From the NCBI GenBank assembly GCA_964187785.1, contig OZ076415.1, forward strand, positions 65,906,001-65,970,000: a stretch of 64,000 nt of DNA. The letters are read 5' to 3'. The translations under genes were made by a program, and so were the position numbers. This document shows, in pieces, positions 12,001 through 22,184 of this stretch (its first letter is position 1; every line of letters begins with the position of its first letter). The notes under the pieces were generated by a model. The model was not told the origin of the DNA and did not search any database. It saw nothing but the letters and a program-made list of their open reading frames with translations. The DNA is from Amphiscolops sp. MND2022 (taxonomy: Eukaryota).

Positions 12001-13359
12001 GCTGACGCAAAATAATTCTGATGCTGTGCCAACAATCAACGAAGCCGTGGAAGGCCGAGTAAAGAAATGCATCCCATGCATGGAAGAAGGTGAAAAATCG
12101 AAGTAGCAAAAACAAAAACGAACACGGAAAAATAGCAACTGATAATCATCCGACTGAAAAAATCCAAATAAATTTTTCAGTAACAAAACAAACAGGAGAG
12201 AGTGCATTGGGTTCTTTCAACCATGCCGTGTTTACAAATCATCATGTTTTCCATGTCTTTCAGCACAGGGAAGCTCGTCTTCGAAAAAGAATACTAGCCA
12301 AAGTGTTCATGCTTTTCAGGTGATCTTGCATGCTCCTCTGTGACGTCACAGCTGTTCTGGCAAATTGAGCTGGATGAGATTAGAGTCGGAGGTTGCAGAG
12401 TATGTCGCAAGTGTCCAGCAATCGTCGACACCGGAACTTCCGAGATAATTGGACCACTGCATGATGTCGCAATAGTGGCACAGGTGACACATTATTAAAC
12501 TTCAGAAAGTGCGAGCAAAAGCAAGTTTTTGTTCCCTGATGGAGAAAAATGATTTTCTTGCAAGGATGTTGCAAGTTCTTGCAAAATATTGCATTTTTCT
12601 CGAACTCCTTGAAAAGATCCTTGCTTGAATTGCATCCTTTACAAAGGTCTTGCAAGATTCTTGCAAGGAATCAATTTCCTTACAAGATCTTGTCAGGAGT
12701 ACATTTACTTGCAAGATCTTTTACGGAATGAATTGAATGCAAGGATCTTGCAAGATCTTTGCAAGGATTGCAATTTTTTCACCGAGAGTTGTTTACAAAT
12801 AAAAGTTAATGATGATAACAAGTATCATTTTTTCTCAAAAGAAAACAATGTCTCACAAAAAAGTTTATTTGCAAGATGAATTATCCAAATTTGAATTTTG
12901 TTCTCAAAGCATTTTATTTGAGGAAATCTATTACGTGCCCGAGCGTAATCGGAGCGTCCAAGTAAGTTCTTGAAGTAATTTTACTTGAAATCGCCTGAAA
13001 TGTCCCCGAACTTTTTCTTACAAAATGCCATTACTACTAGCGGATTGATAAACATTAGCAGTTAATTGCTGTATTGATGGTTTCAGAAACTTGGGATCCC
13101 GGCTGAGAGCCAACTCTTCAACTGTTCGAAAGCAACACTTCAGAAGATCACGTTCAAAATCAATGGTAAAGACTTCGTTGTGGGACCCGAACAATACACC
13201 CGAAAAACTTCGGGAATCCGAGAACAGGTCGACACATGTCGTCATTCAATCCGAGCGGCCGAATCGGCATCGTGGGTACTCGGAGAAACTTTTCTGGGAT
13301 TGTTTTATTCTGTCTTCGATTTCGAGAAGAAACGAGTTTGTTTCGCAAATGCGAAGTAG
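6094..13359 (+). CDS. Pepsin/cathepsin D-E family (MEROPS A1) aspartic protease, spliced: exons 6094-6122 (tentative), 6196-6491, 6993-7060, 8323-8599, 12320-12483, 13087-13359; 1107 nt = 368 aa + stop
   Basis: GT-AG introns with consistent phases (2,1,0,1,0). The joined protein has [30 protein letters not shown], flap TVTYAKG, IDN|[49 protein letters not shown], and [25 protein letters not shown]. The first exon and start codon are uncertain. Confidence 0.93.
6196..6491 (+). CDS. Aspartic protease exon: propeptide and first catalytic DTGS
   Basis: Acceptor TTTTCAG|G; donor G|GTGGGC; encodes [17 protein letters not shown]. Confidence 0.92.
6993..7060 (+). CDS. Aspartic protease exon: flap region
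   Basis: Acceptor TTTTTTTGGAAG|, donor |GTTAGT; encodes (V)[22 protein letters not shown] in phase with both neighbours. Confidence 0.85.
7862..7968. repeat. 107-bp loopless near-perfect palindrome in the intron between exons 6993-7060 and 8323-8599
   Basis: The arms TCCAATTTG...ATGAAAC and GTTTCAT...CAAATTGGA are reverse complements with one mismatch and one 1-nt indel. Confidence 0.95.
8323..8599 (+). CDS. Aspartic protease exon
   Basis: Acceptor TCTAAG|GTG, donor G|GTTAGC; encodes VTLG...DGVFGMGYP...[15 protein letters not shown]. Confidence 0.92.
8760..9044 (-). mobile_element. Helentron-associated (HINE/DINE-like) short element, copy 1, with two tRNA 3'-half-like segments
   Basis: Subterminal inverted repeat TATTTTCCGC (8786-8795) / GCGGAAAATA (9031-9040), short CCCG..CGGG stem, and minus-strand end ...GCGTCTTGTT. 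Internal GTTTCCCAGCC...GGTTCGATCCTCTCCTACGCCA and a second GGTTCGAACCC segment. Confidence 0.6.
9590..9900 (+). repeat. 33-bp tandem repeat (GGAATCATATATGCCCCAGATTATGGACATCCT-type), 4 units at 9743-9874 plus degenerate upstream units
   Basis: Unit starts at 9743, 9776, 9809, 9842 and 9875. Confidence 0.9.
10770..10915. repeat. Related 39-bp repeat present in both orientations
   Basis: Minus strand reads [28 protein letters not shown] leftwards; plus strand reads [23 protein letters not shown] rightwards. Confidence 0.75.
11050..12080 (-). pseudogene. Highly decayed Ty3/Gypsy-like RT remnant in the large protease intron
   Basis: Fragments in RT order on the minus strand: [15 protein letters not shown]...[31 protein letters not shown]; many stops and frameshifts. 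Confidence 0.4.
12320..12483 (+). CDS. Aspartic protease exon: second catalytic DTGT (missed by the ORF track)
   Basis: Acceptor CTTTTCAG|GT, donor CAG|GTGACA; encodes [55 protein letters not shown]. Confidence 0.93.
12535..12880. repeat. CTTGCAAG/AAGATCTT palindrome-rich repeat element, copy 2
   Basis: More than ten CTTGCAAG-type words, e.g. CTTGCAAGATCTT repeated. Confidence 0.65.
13087..13359 (+). CDS. Aspartic protease terminal exon (missed by the ORF track)
   Basis: Acceptor TTTCAG|AAA; 91 codons KLGIP...[12 protein letters not shown]...[28 protein letters not shown]. Confidence 0.93.
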   Translation, partial: KLGIPAESQLFNCSKATLQKITFKINGKDFVVGPEQYTRKTSGIREQVDTCRHSIRAAESASWVLGETFLGLFYSVFDFEKKRVCFANAK

Positions 13360-14149
13360 TAACAAACATAGACAGTGAAAATCTCATTTAAGTGGAGGAA
13401 CGCTGTCACTGATATCAAAAAAAATCCGATCGAAAAGGTGGTATGAAAATTTTAGAATATGTTAATTTATTCTTCAGACATGATATATTTGTACCAAAGA
13501 AAGAGAGGAGAAGTTTTATTTCATCAATTCCGCGAGGTGGGCGTCAAATAAGCAGTTCTGCTTTCTAAGTCGGCGCCCTTTCGGATACTATCTCCCCATA
13601 GCAAGCTATGGCACCGTAATTGCAACCAAGTGGTCAAGCAATGGTTGACTTGAAGCTGTGGTTTCAAAGAGACTTGCTCAATATCACAAAGGTCTGGCTT
13701 CTCACCGTTGCTCTTTTTATTACTGCTTTTCTCCGCCAAATGTGTTATCTTTTGTCATTGACCTTACCACTAAGCTAGTGATGAATGGAGGACTTGCTTA
13801 AGGCCCAACAAAGGTGAGCTGAGAGAGACAGATTCTAACCTGACACCGTTTCAGTACAAGTTAAATGTTCTAACCACTCCACTATACTCCAGCTGGAATT
13901 ATGCACCGTTTAGTAGTAACCTCTCAAAAAAATTCATCAAAGGAAAATATATTAAGGCCCTGCAATTTGTTCCAACATCCAAATACAGGTTTTTCCAAGG
14001 TACAGTCTTTGAACACTATTCAACAAGACCCAGGAATTTCAACAAGTGCTCAAAAAGAGCTAATTTTCAATCAAGCCCGCAAATACAAAGGTAATGTAAA
14101 CAGTTTTCTTAAGACAGCAAACAAATTTCAATCTAAAGCAAACCCGTAT

Positions 14150-14630
14150 TGAGATCCCATGAGTTCCTATGCATGACCATCGATGGCCCTGCAAAGTCCT
14201 TCATCCCTGGGGTTAAATCGGAGGCCCATACTGCTCCCCATCGACGTTCCATTGATGGTCAATCGATGGTTCATCAAAAGCAATATAAATTTGACATGTG
14301 TGAAAAATTCGGTTTTGGCAAAATATCAGCAGTGAGTTTCAAGGGCCGTGTCATGGAATCTCATTCCGGTTTCGGCTTACACATAGAGTGTATTTGGGAA
14401 TCTATCGATCGATTTCAGATTCATTTCAAACATTCTGGACATTCTCTTGAGCTTTTACCATCATTAAAACTGATTTGGCATCCTAATTTCATGAAGAGAG
14501 TCCTTAGAAAGATCATTTTGGTACCCAGACCAACATCGCGATGTCCCATCGATGGGAGCTGAGCATGGTCCCATCGACGGCCCATGGCAAAATGGTTCAT
14601 GGATTGGCTGCCCTGGGATTCCAACTCGGG
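14150..14630. repeat. CCATCGA(T/C)GG-rich interspersed repeat, probable MITE
   Basis: Clusters of CCATCGATGG/CCCATCGACG at both ends of the block; termini not resolved. Confidence 0.35.
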
Positions 14631-17600
14631 AAACCTTAATGACGCCTCCTCTGCTAATCTAAATTTTCAATTTAAAAATGTGAATCTGAGTCACTCTTTT
14701 TTACATCGCTTAGCGAGTGAAAATGACTCAACAACGTCTATCAATATTGTTAGCGTTTGACATCTCTCCTGAAAGTTGAGGTCAATAAAAGAGCAAAAAT
14801 GATTTTCTTTTATCAGAGACAAATAAATAAAGTTATCCAACCTTAAAGTCCATCTGTCCAGACTTCCATATTTGTTGGGAACTGAAGAGTTCCGGAAATA
14901 CGCCCAGGAGCCAGTGTCTTTGGGGGAGATAACACCACTGCCGTAAAAGGTCATGACCTCTGAAGGGGGATAATCGGTGACTCTCTTGCTCCGCATCGAC
15001 AGAGACCGACCGGAACGTAAAGGCATTTTGTAAAGCGAAGTAACAATACCAGGTTAATTTTTAATTATTATAACTAGCTTGTTAGCGGAATGTATTTTTG
15101 TTAATTAGGGTGTTGGGAAAAGATGCTTTTGTTAAAGAAAAATTGGTTAAAAAGAAATGACGAATGTTCCAGTTTCAGTCTAACTAGTTAATAAAAAGAT
15201 AAAACTGTAACGGTTTCGGGAATGCTTGAGATTTGAAAAACGTGGATGAGAAGAAATCAAACATTAGAGAATGGTTCTTTGGGCTCCTCTTCATTCGTAT
15301 AAAATTTAATTGGCTCCAACCGTAAAGGCACTGTAAATAGTAATGAAGTAGTAATTTATTTTATAAGGAGGCAAGTATGATCAAAATACATGTATTTTAT
15401 GTATGAATCAATTGTAGATAAAGCCCCTGAGAAGATTTCCTAGAAACATCGAGGTTTTGTTGCGAGTTAATGAAGTAATTAAATAAAGCGGAAAAAATAT
15501 AATAATTGCGATTATGAAGGAAATCAATTACGGGAGTGAAATATTTTTTATGTTTTCCCAGGAGTTCTTGCTTCTGAATTTCAAAGAAGATGAAACTAAA
15601 CGTAACAAGTTTATACTTGATTATTATAATTATAATTATAATTATTTGTAGCCAGTAATTAATTGTTATCGTTATCAGGTACCAAGTTCGTTATGAGAAA
15701 AATTAGGTAAAACTTCGAACAATAAGCTCTTCATCTTCAACTCTAGATTTAGCTGAATATGCTTGACACTAAAATGTTCAGACCATTTGCGAGAAAAAGA
15801 ATTAAAATTGAATTTTCATTCGAAACCCAGCCTGCTTTCCGTTAGTAACGGAATCACTTTTTCAAGGAGCTGGAATCTCATTAACATAAACTTATCAGTG
15901 TTTCCAAATCCGACAATGGGGTGATAGAATATGAAAGTAGGCTGTTAGCGATTGCTGTGGGTCTAGCCTTATTTATAGCTGCAAATTATCACCTCCAAAG
16001 ACTTTTCATAAAGTCAGGGAGTCTTACCACGAAGGTTTTTGTGACCTTCAACGGTGCTTAAAGCGAAGCAAGAAGCCCAGTGGCACTGAGTCATTTTCCG
16101 CTACGTTTTGATTGGACGCCTGGATTCTCTGGCTCCAGGAAAACTCAGTCAAAAAATCTTTATGAACAACTTTTCAATAGCATTTATCAACCAATTGTAC
16201 GTTGATTCGAAACAATGCATATTAGTATAGAAGTATATTATATATTTTATATATTATATATAATTATTAAATATTATAAATCACTTCGTTGTAACAAATA
16301 CCCAAAACTTAAGCGATCCAATCAAACACAAACTTTTTTATTTTTTTGGTATGTTTACAAAAAACCAGTACACCCATTTTCCCGCGCATTTCTACAGGTG
16401 TGAACAACATTGAGAGGGAAGTAAGGAGCCTAATTGTTTTTTCTTCTCACTTCGGTGCAATGAGCCCGTTAAGGAAGTGGAATTTGGATGAAAGGGAACT
16501 TACAGAATAATTGCGACACTGACAAATAGTCACGTTGGTGGCTTGGTATAGTGGGGAATTTGATAACCGTCACCTCCTATCAAGGCTAGGGAGCAAATTG
16601 GGAATATAAATATACCAAGTAGGATGTCCTGTGTAACTTTTTCCATGGAAATTGAATGGTATCAGAGCTAGCATTATGCACTGTACTAGGTGAACCAAAA
16701 AACGGAACACAAAATTTTTACTCTTCAAAATCGAAATTTTTGTAAACAAGACACTGAGAATCTTTGACTTTCTTTGTCAATTATTCTCTCATAAGTAATC
16801 AAATCTTCAATAAAGAATGATAAAGAATGACCCGAACCTTCAAGAAAAATCCAGACATCTTTACCAGTCATTTCGTTTACACTTCTAATGTGTGGAAGTT
16901 CTTTTGCTTCGAAGGAAAGATGTCAAAATGAATGACTGATAAGCTGAATCGCAATGTTCAGAGTTATTTTGAAACATTTCCTGACAACTATTTGAAACTT
17001 AGACAGCTCAAAAACCCTCATGCGTTCCGTTTTTTATGGTTCACCTATTATGATGAAATTCTGAACAGTGGTACTTGTTACGTCATCGAAGTCTGTCAGT
17101 TGCTGTAAATGATCACCACCTTTTTTCAGCTCAAACCGTCGTGTCGATTTTTAACCAATCAGAAACGTTGATGCACCATGTTTCTGATGACTTGGCGCCA
17201 TTTTTCAATGCATGTTTATAATGCAAGTTTCAGCAGTCAAGTTTCTCCATTGTCGAAGAGTTTAACAGAGGTAAGGTGAAAAAGTTTACCAAAAATTGAC
17301 TTCTTCCTTTTTTGGACAAAAATGTATAATATGAAAAAGTTCCTGAAAGGACCATCAAAAATGAGAATAGAAAATCCCTTTTTGGAACTACAGAAACTTT
17401 TCACACGCAGCATAAACATGAACGCATGCAGGGTTTTTCTTTGATATGGAAAGTTCGCGGGCCCTACAGGGAAAATTTTTGTGAAACTTCCCTGCAGCTC
17501 GGAATATTCTGACAGCATTCCCGGAATTCTGACAGCATTCCTGGGCCAGAGTTTTGAAAAAATCAATGCCACTTCAAACACACTAGTGTTCACATAAGCC

Positions 17601-17876
17601 GTTGACAAAAGGATGTTCATTCAAACAGATAATTTATCACAAGATTTAGAGAACGAGATAGCGTAAATTTTGATGAAAAGTCGCTGCAATATATGAGTCA
17701 AAAGGCTATAAAAGCGATGATTCAGACATGTTCTTAGCTTTCAAACTTTTCGAATCCCGAGAACTGATCCTCCTCTTGAATGATATGTGGAACAGCTGGG
17801 GGAAATGAATTACAAAAAATTTTGTGGTAATTCTAATGGAACCTTGAAGCAACTTTTTTTTTAAATTGGAAGGTTT

Positions 17877-18286
17877 GGCTCTTTTCTGTTCCCCCCCCCC
17901 ACAACTAATATTTTTTTTGGAAAATTTATGAAAATCTTATATTAAAAAGACTTGAATACAAACCAGAAAGCTTCAATTTAAAATTTATTCTCAGGGTGAC
18001 AGTTTAGGATTCAAATACAAACTTTGTTCACTCTTTTTCCATATGTGGTCACGCTTTTTTGATGAAAAAATCAACAGCTTCCTGTTTTGAGTCATCAATA
18101 AACACTTAATACGAACATAATTAGAGTCAAAAAGTGTGAACAATGTTTTGTTCAAGCTAAAAATTGTTCCAATAGACGTTAACTTCTCGTTATAAAAAAT
18201 GTTTTACTTTTAATTAGGCTAGTCTAAAGTTTTTAAGACAATTTCTTTCAAAAATTTTGATGGTGGGGGGAAAACAGAAAAGAGCC
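17877..18286. mobile_element. 410-bp MITE with GG-starting TIRs and 8-bp TSD (Merlin-like or hAT-like)
   Basis: TIR GGCTCTTTTCTGTT..CCCCCC / GGGGGG..AACAGAAAAGAGCC; exact TSD GAAGGTTT at 17869-17876 and 18287-18294. Confidence 0.85.
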
Positions 18287-18584
18287 GAAGGTTTTTCATT
18301 TTTTTCAAGATTCAATTCTATAAATATTTCTCGCAATTCCTAGACTTGTAATTTTCTGGTAAAAGCCACCCAGTTTGACCTAATTCATGGCATCACTAGC
18401 ACGTGCTGCTTGTTTTGTTTAAACAATCTCTTCACTTACTTTTCTCCATTATATCTTCTGAAACTTTTTTTGGATTTTTTGTGGAGTTTTTGTCTTCCTT
18501 TTCTCTTTCATGCTGCTGAGACACCCCTCTGGATATTTTAGGATACCTAATAAATCCCTGAATAACTAGCACCGCAGTATGGAA

Positions 18585-19315
18585 TGTAACGGCAAGCGCT
18601 AAGCGTTTGGGACGAAACATTGGAGTGGAGGAACTGACACTATGGATATGGTCCGGGACAAACCACCATAGCACCAGCTCACTTTGTCCCCCTGTGGGTA
18701 GCCGGTCCCGAGGAGGGGGAACCGTCTTAAAGGATGCTCTCCGGTCTGATCCAGTCTGTAATTGCTGAGAATAACGGGCATTATGTTTTTTCTCTTCATA
18801 ACCACCGTCTAGACAGCCTTTAAAAACAATGCCAAGGATAAACAGTGTAAATTTCCAATTCCAGAGTGAAATTCCAGGGTGACATGTGAATAAGGTCTAA
18901 AATGGGTACTAAGATCTAAACTGCGAAAACTAGCGCATGGGCTAGCTAAAAACAGTAGAAACACATCAAAATAGGCACGAATATGGCCAACCACACTGCT
19001 ACAAGCACCAAAAAGGATAATTAAGCGAAAAGACGCATTTTTCCGATTCTTGCTACTTTGGGTAGCATAATGCTGAAAATCGGTAAAAACCGGAGTTAGC
19101 ACCTCAAAAAGAGTCTTTTTATGAGTTTTCTGAGCGCATCGGCTTCTACACTCCGTGTTCCCGTTCGGTCGTCTCCGCGGGCGGCTTGCTTCGTCTTCTG
19201 AACTGCTTTTTGACAGGTACTTTGGCCAAAAACATGCTCAATTTGCCACGTCAGATTTGAACGAAATTTTGATCGATTTTTCTGAAAACTCGTTGTACCA
19301 CAGGTTTCCGTTACA
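18585..19315 (-). repeat. Full LTR copy (731 bp) at the 3' side
   Basis: Same termini; differs from the 5' LTR by scattered substitutions and two short indels. Confidence 0.85.
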
Positions 19316-19765
19316 TAAATTTAGAGCATGAAAAAGTCACCGATAAGCTCCAAACGTTTTACTGAAAGTGCTCGGCAATCTATGAAAAGTGGTAAAACTT
19401 CAGCGCACTTCCAACTAAAGATACTCTCTTATCAATTTCTGACTTTTAAAACCTAATTACAACAAACCTGTAAGCTTTCACTCAAGGTGCTTTTGCACGC
19501 TTTTTTGTCCAAAAAATGAAACGGCAGTCATACCTAGCAGTAATCAAGCAAAAAAAGAGAGCCTTTGAATTTTTCACTCATGAAGTCTCATTTTCGGATT
19601 ACCCAATCCACTTATTGAGAATCTTCCTCGCCGTAATCCGTTTCACGTTAATGACAATCAAATAAGTAACAATTTTCAACAAGACGCTCAATTTGCCACG
19701 TCAGATTTGAACGAATTTTTGGTCGATTTTTCTGAAAACTCGTTGTACCACAGGTTTCCGTTACA

Positions 19766-19783
19766 TCCACTCCCCGGGTCTTA
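19766..19783 (-). promoter_or_regulatory. Polypurine tract ...GACCCGGGGAGTGGA directly before TGTAACGG
   Basis: Abuts a third, 78-bp truncated LTR start (19688-19765). Confidence 0.7.
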
Positions 19784-20873
19784 TGCATGACGTCCCTGTC
19801 ATGCGGAGAGGCTGGAAACGTCTCCACATCATTGCAATCCACAGGGAGTTCAAACTGATGTTTTTGCAAGGGTCCAGTGGCACTGTCATCTTTTTCTGAT
19901 TAGGCAACCTTGAGGTCTTGCTTCTTGGAATCCAGGAACCTGCATTGTCCACAAACTGTTGAAACAGAGCTAGCCCTCGAGTTAGAAAAAAGTACTCAAA
20001 AATGCACCTTGAAATTGATCAAATCCTAAAAAATGCACCAATTTGTTAGCATGGGTTTTTTGCACCAAAACTGACTGGGATCTTTCTAGCACAACGGTTG
20101 TTTGGACGTCTAAAAGTTCTTTTACGGAGCTCTCAAGCTCCAAAACGCACGTGGTTTTCATCAAAAATGTTTTGTCCACGGCACTAAAAACCCAGTTTGC
20201 AGAAAGTTAAAAGATAGTCTCGATAAAACTTCTTTTCAGCGGAAAAACCACTGTTTAAAAGGAAAACAAGCTGTATTTTAAACACTTTTTGTTCACAGTT
20301 TCGTTTGGTTTGGGCAACACGCACTGATGTGAAGCTCCATACCTGCATAGAGGTCAGTAGCATCGGTTAAGCTGCGTATAGGAAGCAAACTACGTACTGC
20401 TCGTAAGTGTAAGCACTGGAATGAAGTACGCCAGAATAGACAAAATCCAACAATTTAGACATCTGGAGCGCGCGAGCTCCACAACTTTCGAGTGTCACGT
20501 TGAAATTTGGAGGAAAAATTGAAAACTTTGGGAAAATTTACGCAAAAAACACAAATAGCACCTTTTGGGCGAAGCAATACATGTTGAGTTTTTAGAGTTT
20601 CTGGGTTACTCATTGAAATAACAGAAGTATTTGAATTCAAACATCTCAAATAAAACTAAAAACAAAAGTGTCGCGACGTACGTTTACATGACTACTAAAA
20701 TAACGAAATAAAGTTACAGAAATAACTGCTCCAATTAGAACATCACGCTGCAAGGTGTTCGTTACCAAACGTAGTGATATCCTCCGTGCGTTGTCCAATC
20801 CAATTGAGTTGAGGAGTGTAGTCGTGTTTTTCCTCAACTGAGGCTCCCCGGGCCTTAGTTGACTCCCCGGGTC

Positions 20874-22184
20874 TTAGTCGTTGAGCACCCTCCTTGATAT
20901 GAGGAGAGGAATTAGATAAAAATAATGTCCAATACCCAAAATGCAGAACGATAAATTGGGTCTTGAACACGATCTTGGATAGATATTCGACGGGCGGCCA
21001 CGCATAAGTCCCTCCGGTCGGTGTGACCATGACAGTAGAAGGGTTTCCGCAGCTGAGCATGGTGGACGACCACGACGACGTCCGTCATAAAAAGATAGGA
21101 GCACTTTTTGCCATGAGTGCTCACAAGGAGTGCGCGGTGGTCGACCACGCCTATGTCCAGCTGGTCGTGTTTTAGCTGAACCACCAGGCAAGCCTCTGAC
21201 GAAGATTGGTGAGTTTGCCAAAATAATATTCTGCAGACCATGTTTGGCAGAACGTGGCACAAAAGATTCTTTCAACAAATCTGGCAGCAACTTCGAAATT
21301 GATAATGGGGACTTTGTTCCAGGGAAGTGAGAGTTGCAAACCGAATCCATTGGAGTTGTCGATAGGTGATTTTGAAGAAGGTTTGGTGTCGGTGCGGTTT
21401 CAGCTTCCAACACAGCATTGGCAGATAGAATCTTCGTTCCGCAATTTGTTGCAGAGCAATAATTTGGAGTTGAGGGTACCCTCTCCGTTTTCAATGATGA
21501 AATGGAGGGTAAGGTTGTTATCAGTTCCTCTTCCGTATCACTTGTGCAGGGATTGCCCTCGAGCAATCCATAATCAGCAAGGTGATAAATGGGTACCGTA
21601 TCAGCAATGCCCATGGTTGTAGTGTCCAAAAACATTGGGTCCATATCTTTTGTAGGCGGTGTCATTGGTTCTACTTCGGAGTCGTTTGGAATATTGATAG
21701 TTGCACTTTCGAAGTGTACTGCTACACTTAACGACTGCAATTGCGCTAGCGCTCGAGCTAGCAATTTTTCTCTGCGTAGATCGCTTTGTGCCAAAAAGAC
21801 TGATATTTCATCCATCTGCTGCTCCAGGGTCTCTACCTTTTGGTTCAGTGTCTGATAAGTCTGAATACTGGTTTCATGGAGAGAGCATAGTCTCGATGAC
21901 GATACTGAACTAAGACTGGAAGCCCTTATAATCCTCCCTGGCTCGGTAACGCGCGAGTTGCCAGCCATTGAGTCTAGAAAGTTAGCTACAAAATTGAACC
22001 TGTTCTCCAAATTCCAGTCTTCGACGTTCAGATCATCCAATTTCGTTGATCGGTCATGTTCATCTGCCATTTGCGATTCACTTTCTGCTTTCAAGACGGG
22101 TTCAGCGATTAGTTGTGCTGCACTGACACCCTCTCCCCCCTTGAAAAAGGAAAGGAGGCGGTGTAGGACCTTAAACAAAGTCAT
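20874..22184 (-). CDS. Orphan intronless ORF (436 aa from the first ATG; 443 aa from TTG 22205): predicted coiled coil, Ser/Thr/Pro-rich linker, three RGRP repeats, hydrophobic C-terminus
   Basis: 1.3 kb open in an otherwise decayed element. QTLNQKVETLEQQMDEI is heptad-like; repeats HRRGRPP, RRRGRPP, LMRGRPS; tail LSFCILGIGHYFYLIPLLI. No family recognised. Confidence 0.6.
   Translation of the reverse strand: MTLFKVLHRLLSFFKGGEGVSAAQLIAEPVLKAESESQMADEHDRSTKLDDLNVEDWNLENRFNFVANFLDSMAGNSRVTEPGRIIRASSLSSVSSSRLCSLHETSIQTYQTLNQKVETLEQQMDEISVFLAQSDLRREKLLARALAQLQSLSVAVHFESATINIPNDSEVEPMTPPTKDMDPMFLDTTTMGIADTVPIYHLADYGLLEGNPCTSDTEEELITTLPSISSLKTERVPSTPNYCSATNCGTKILSANAVLEAETAPTPNLLQNHLSTTPMDSVCNSHFPGTKSPLSISKLLPDLLKESFVPRSAKHGLQNIILANSPIFVRGLPGGSAKTRPAGHRRGRPPRTPCEHSWQKVLLSFYDGRRRGRPPCSAAETLLLSWSHRPEGLMRGRPSNIYPRSCSRPNLSFCILGIGHYFYLIPLLISRRVLND

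Noticed and set aside
16657-16668. TGGTATCAGAGC, the classic iMet PBS
   Set aside because: No adjacent LTR or retroelement coding sequence, and it is the plant/fungal-type sequence; treated as chance.
17237-17620. 127-aa minus-strand ORF
   Set aside because: No recognisable motif or splice context, and low-complexity AT-rich composition.
18585-19681. 1.1-kb LTR ending ...TTTTCAACA
   Set aside because: The true LTR is defined by TGTAACGG/CCGTTACA and the PPT; the extra ~370 bp is duplicated flank and the CA belongs to the HINE-like end.
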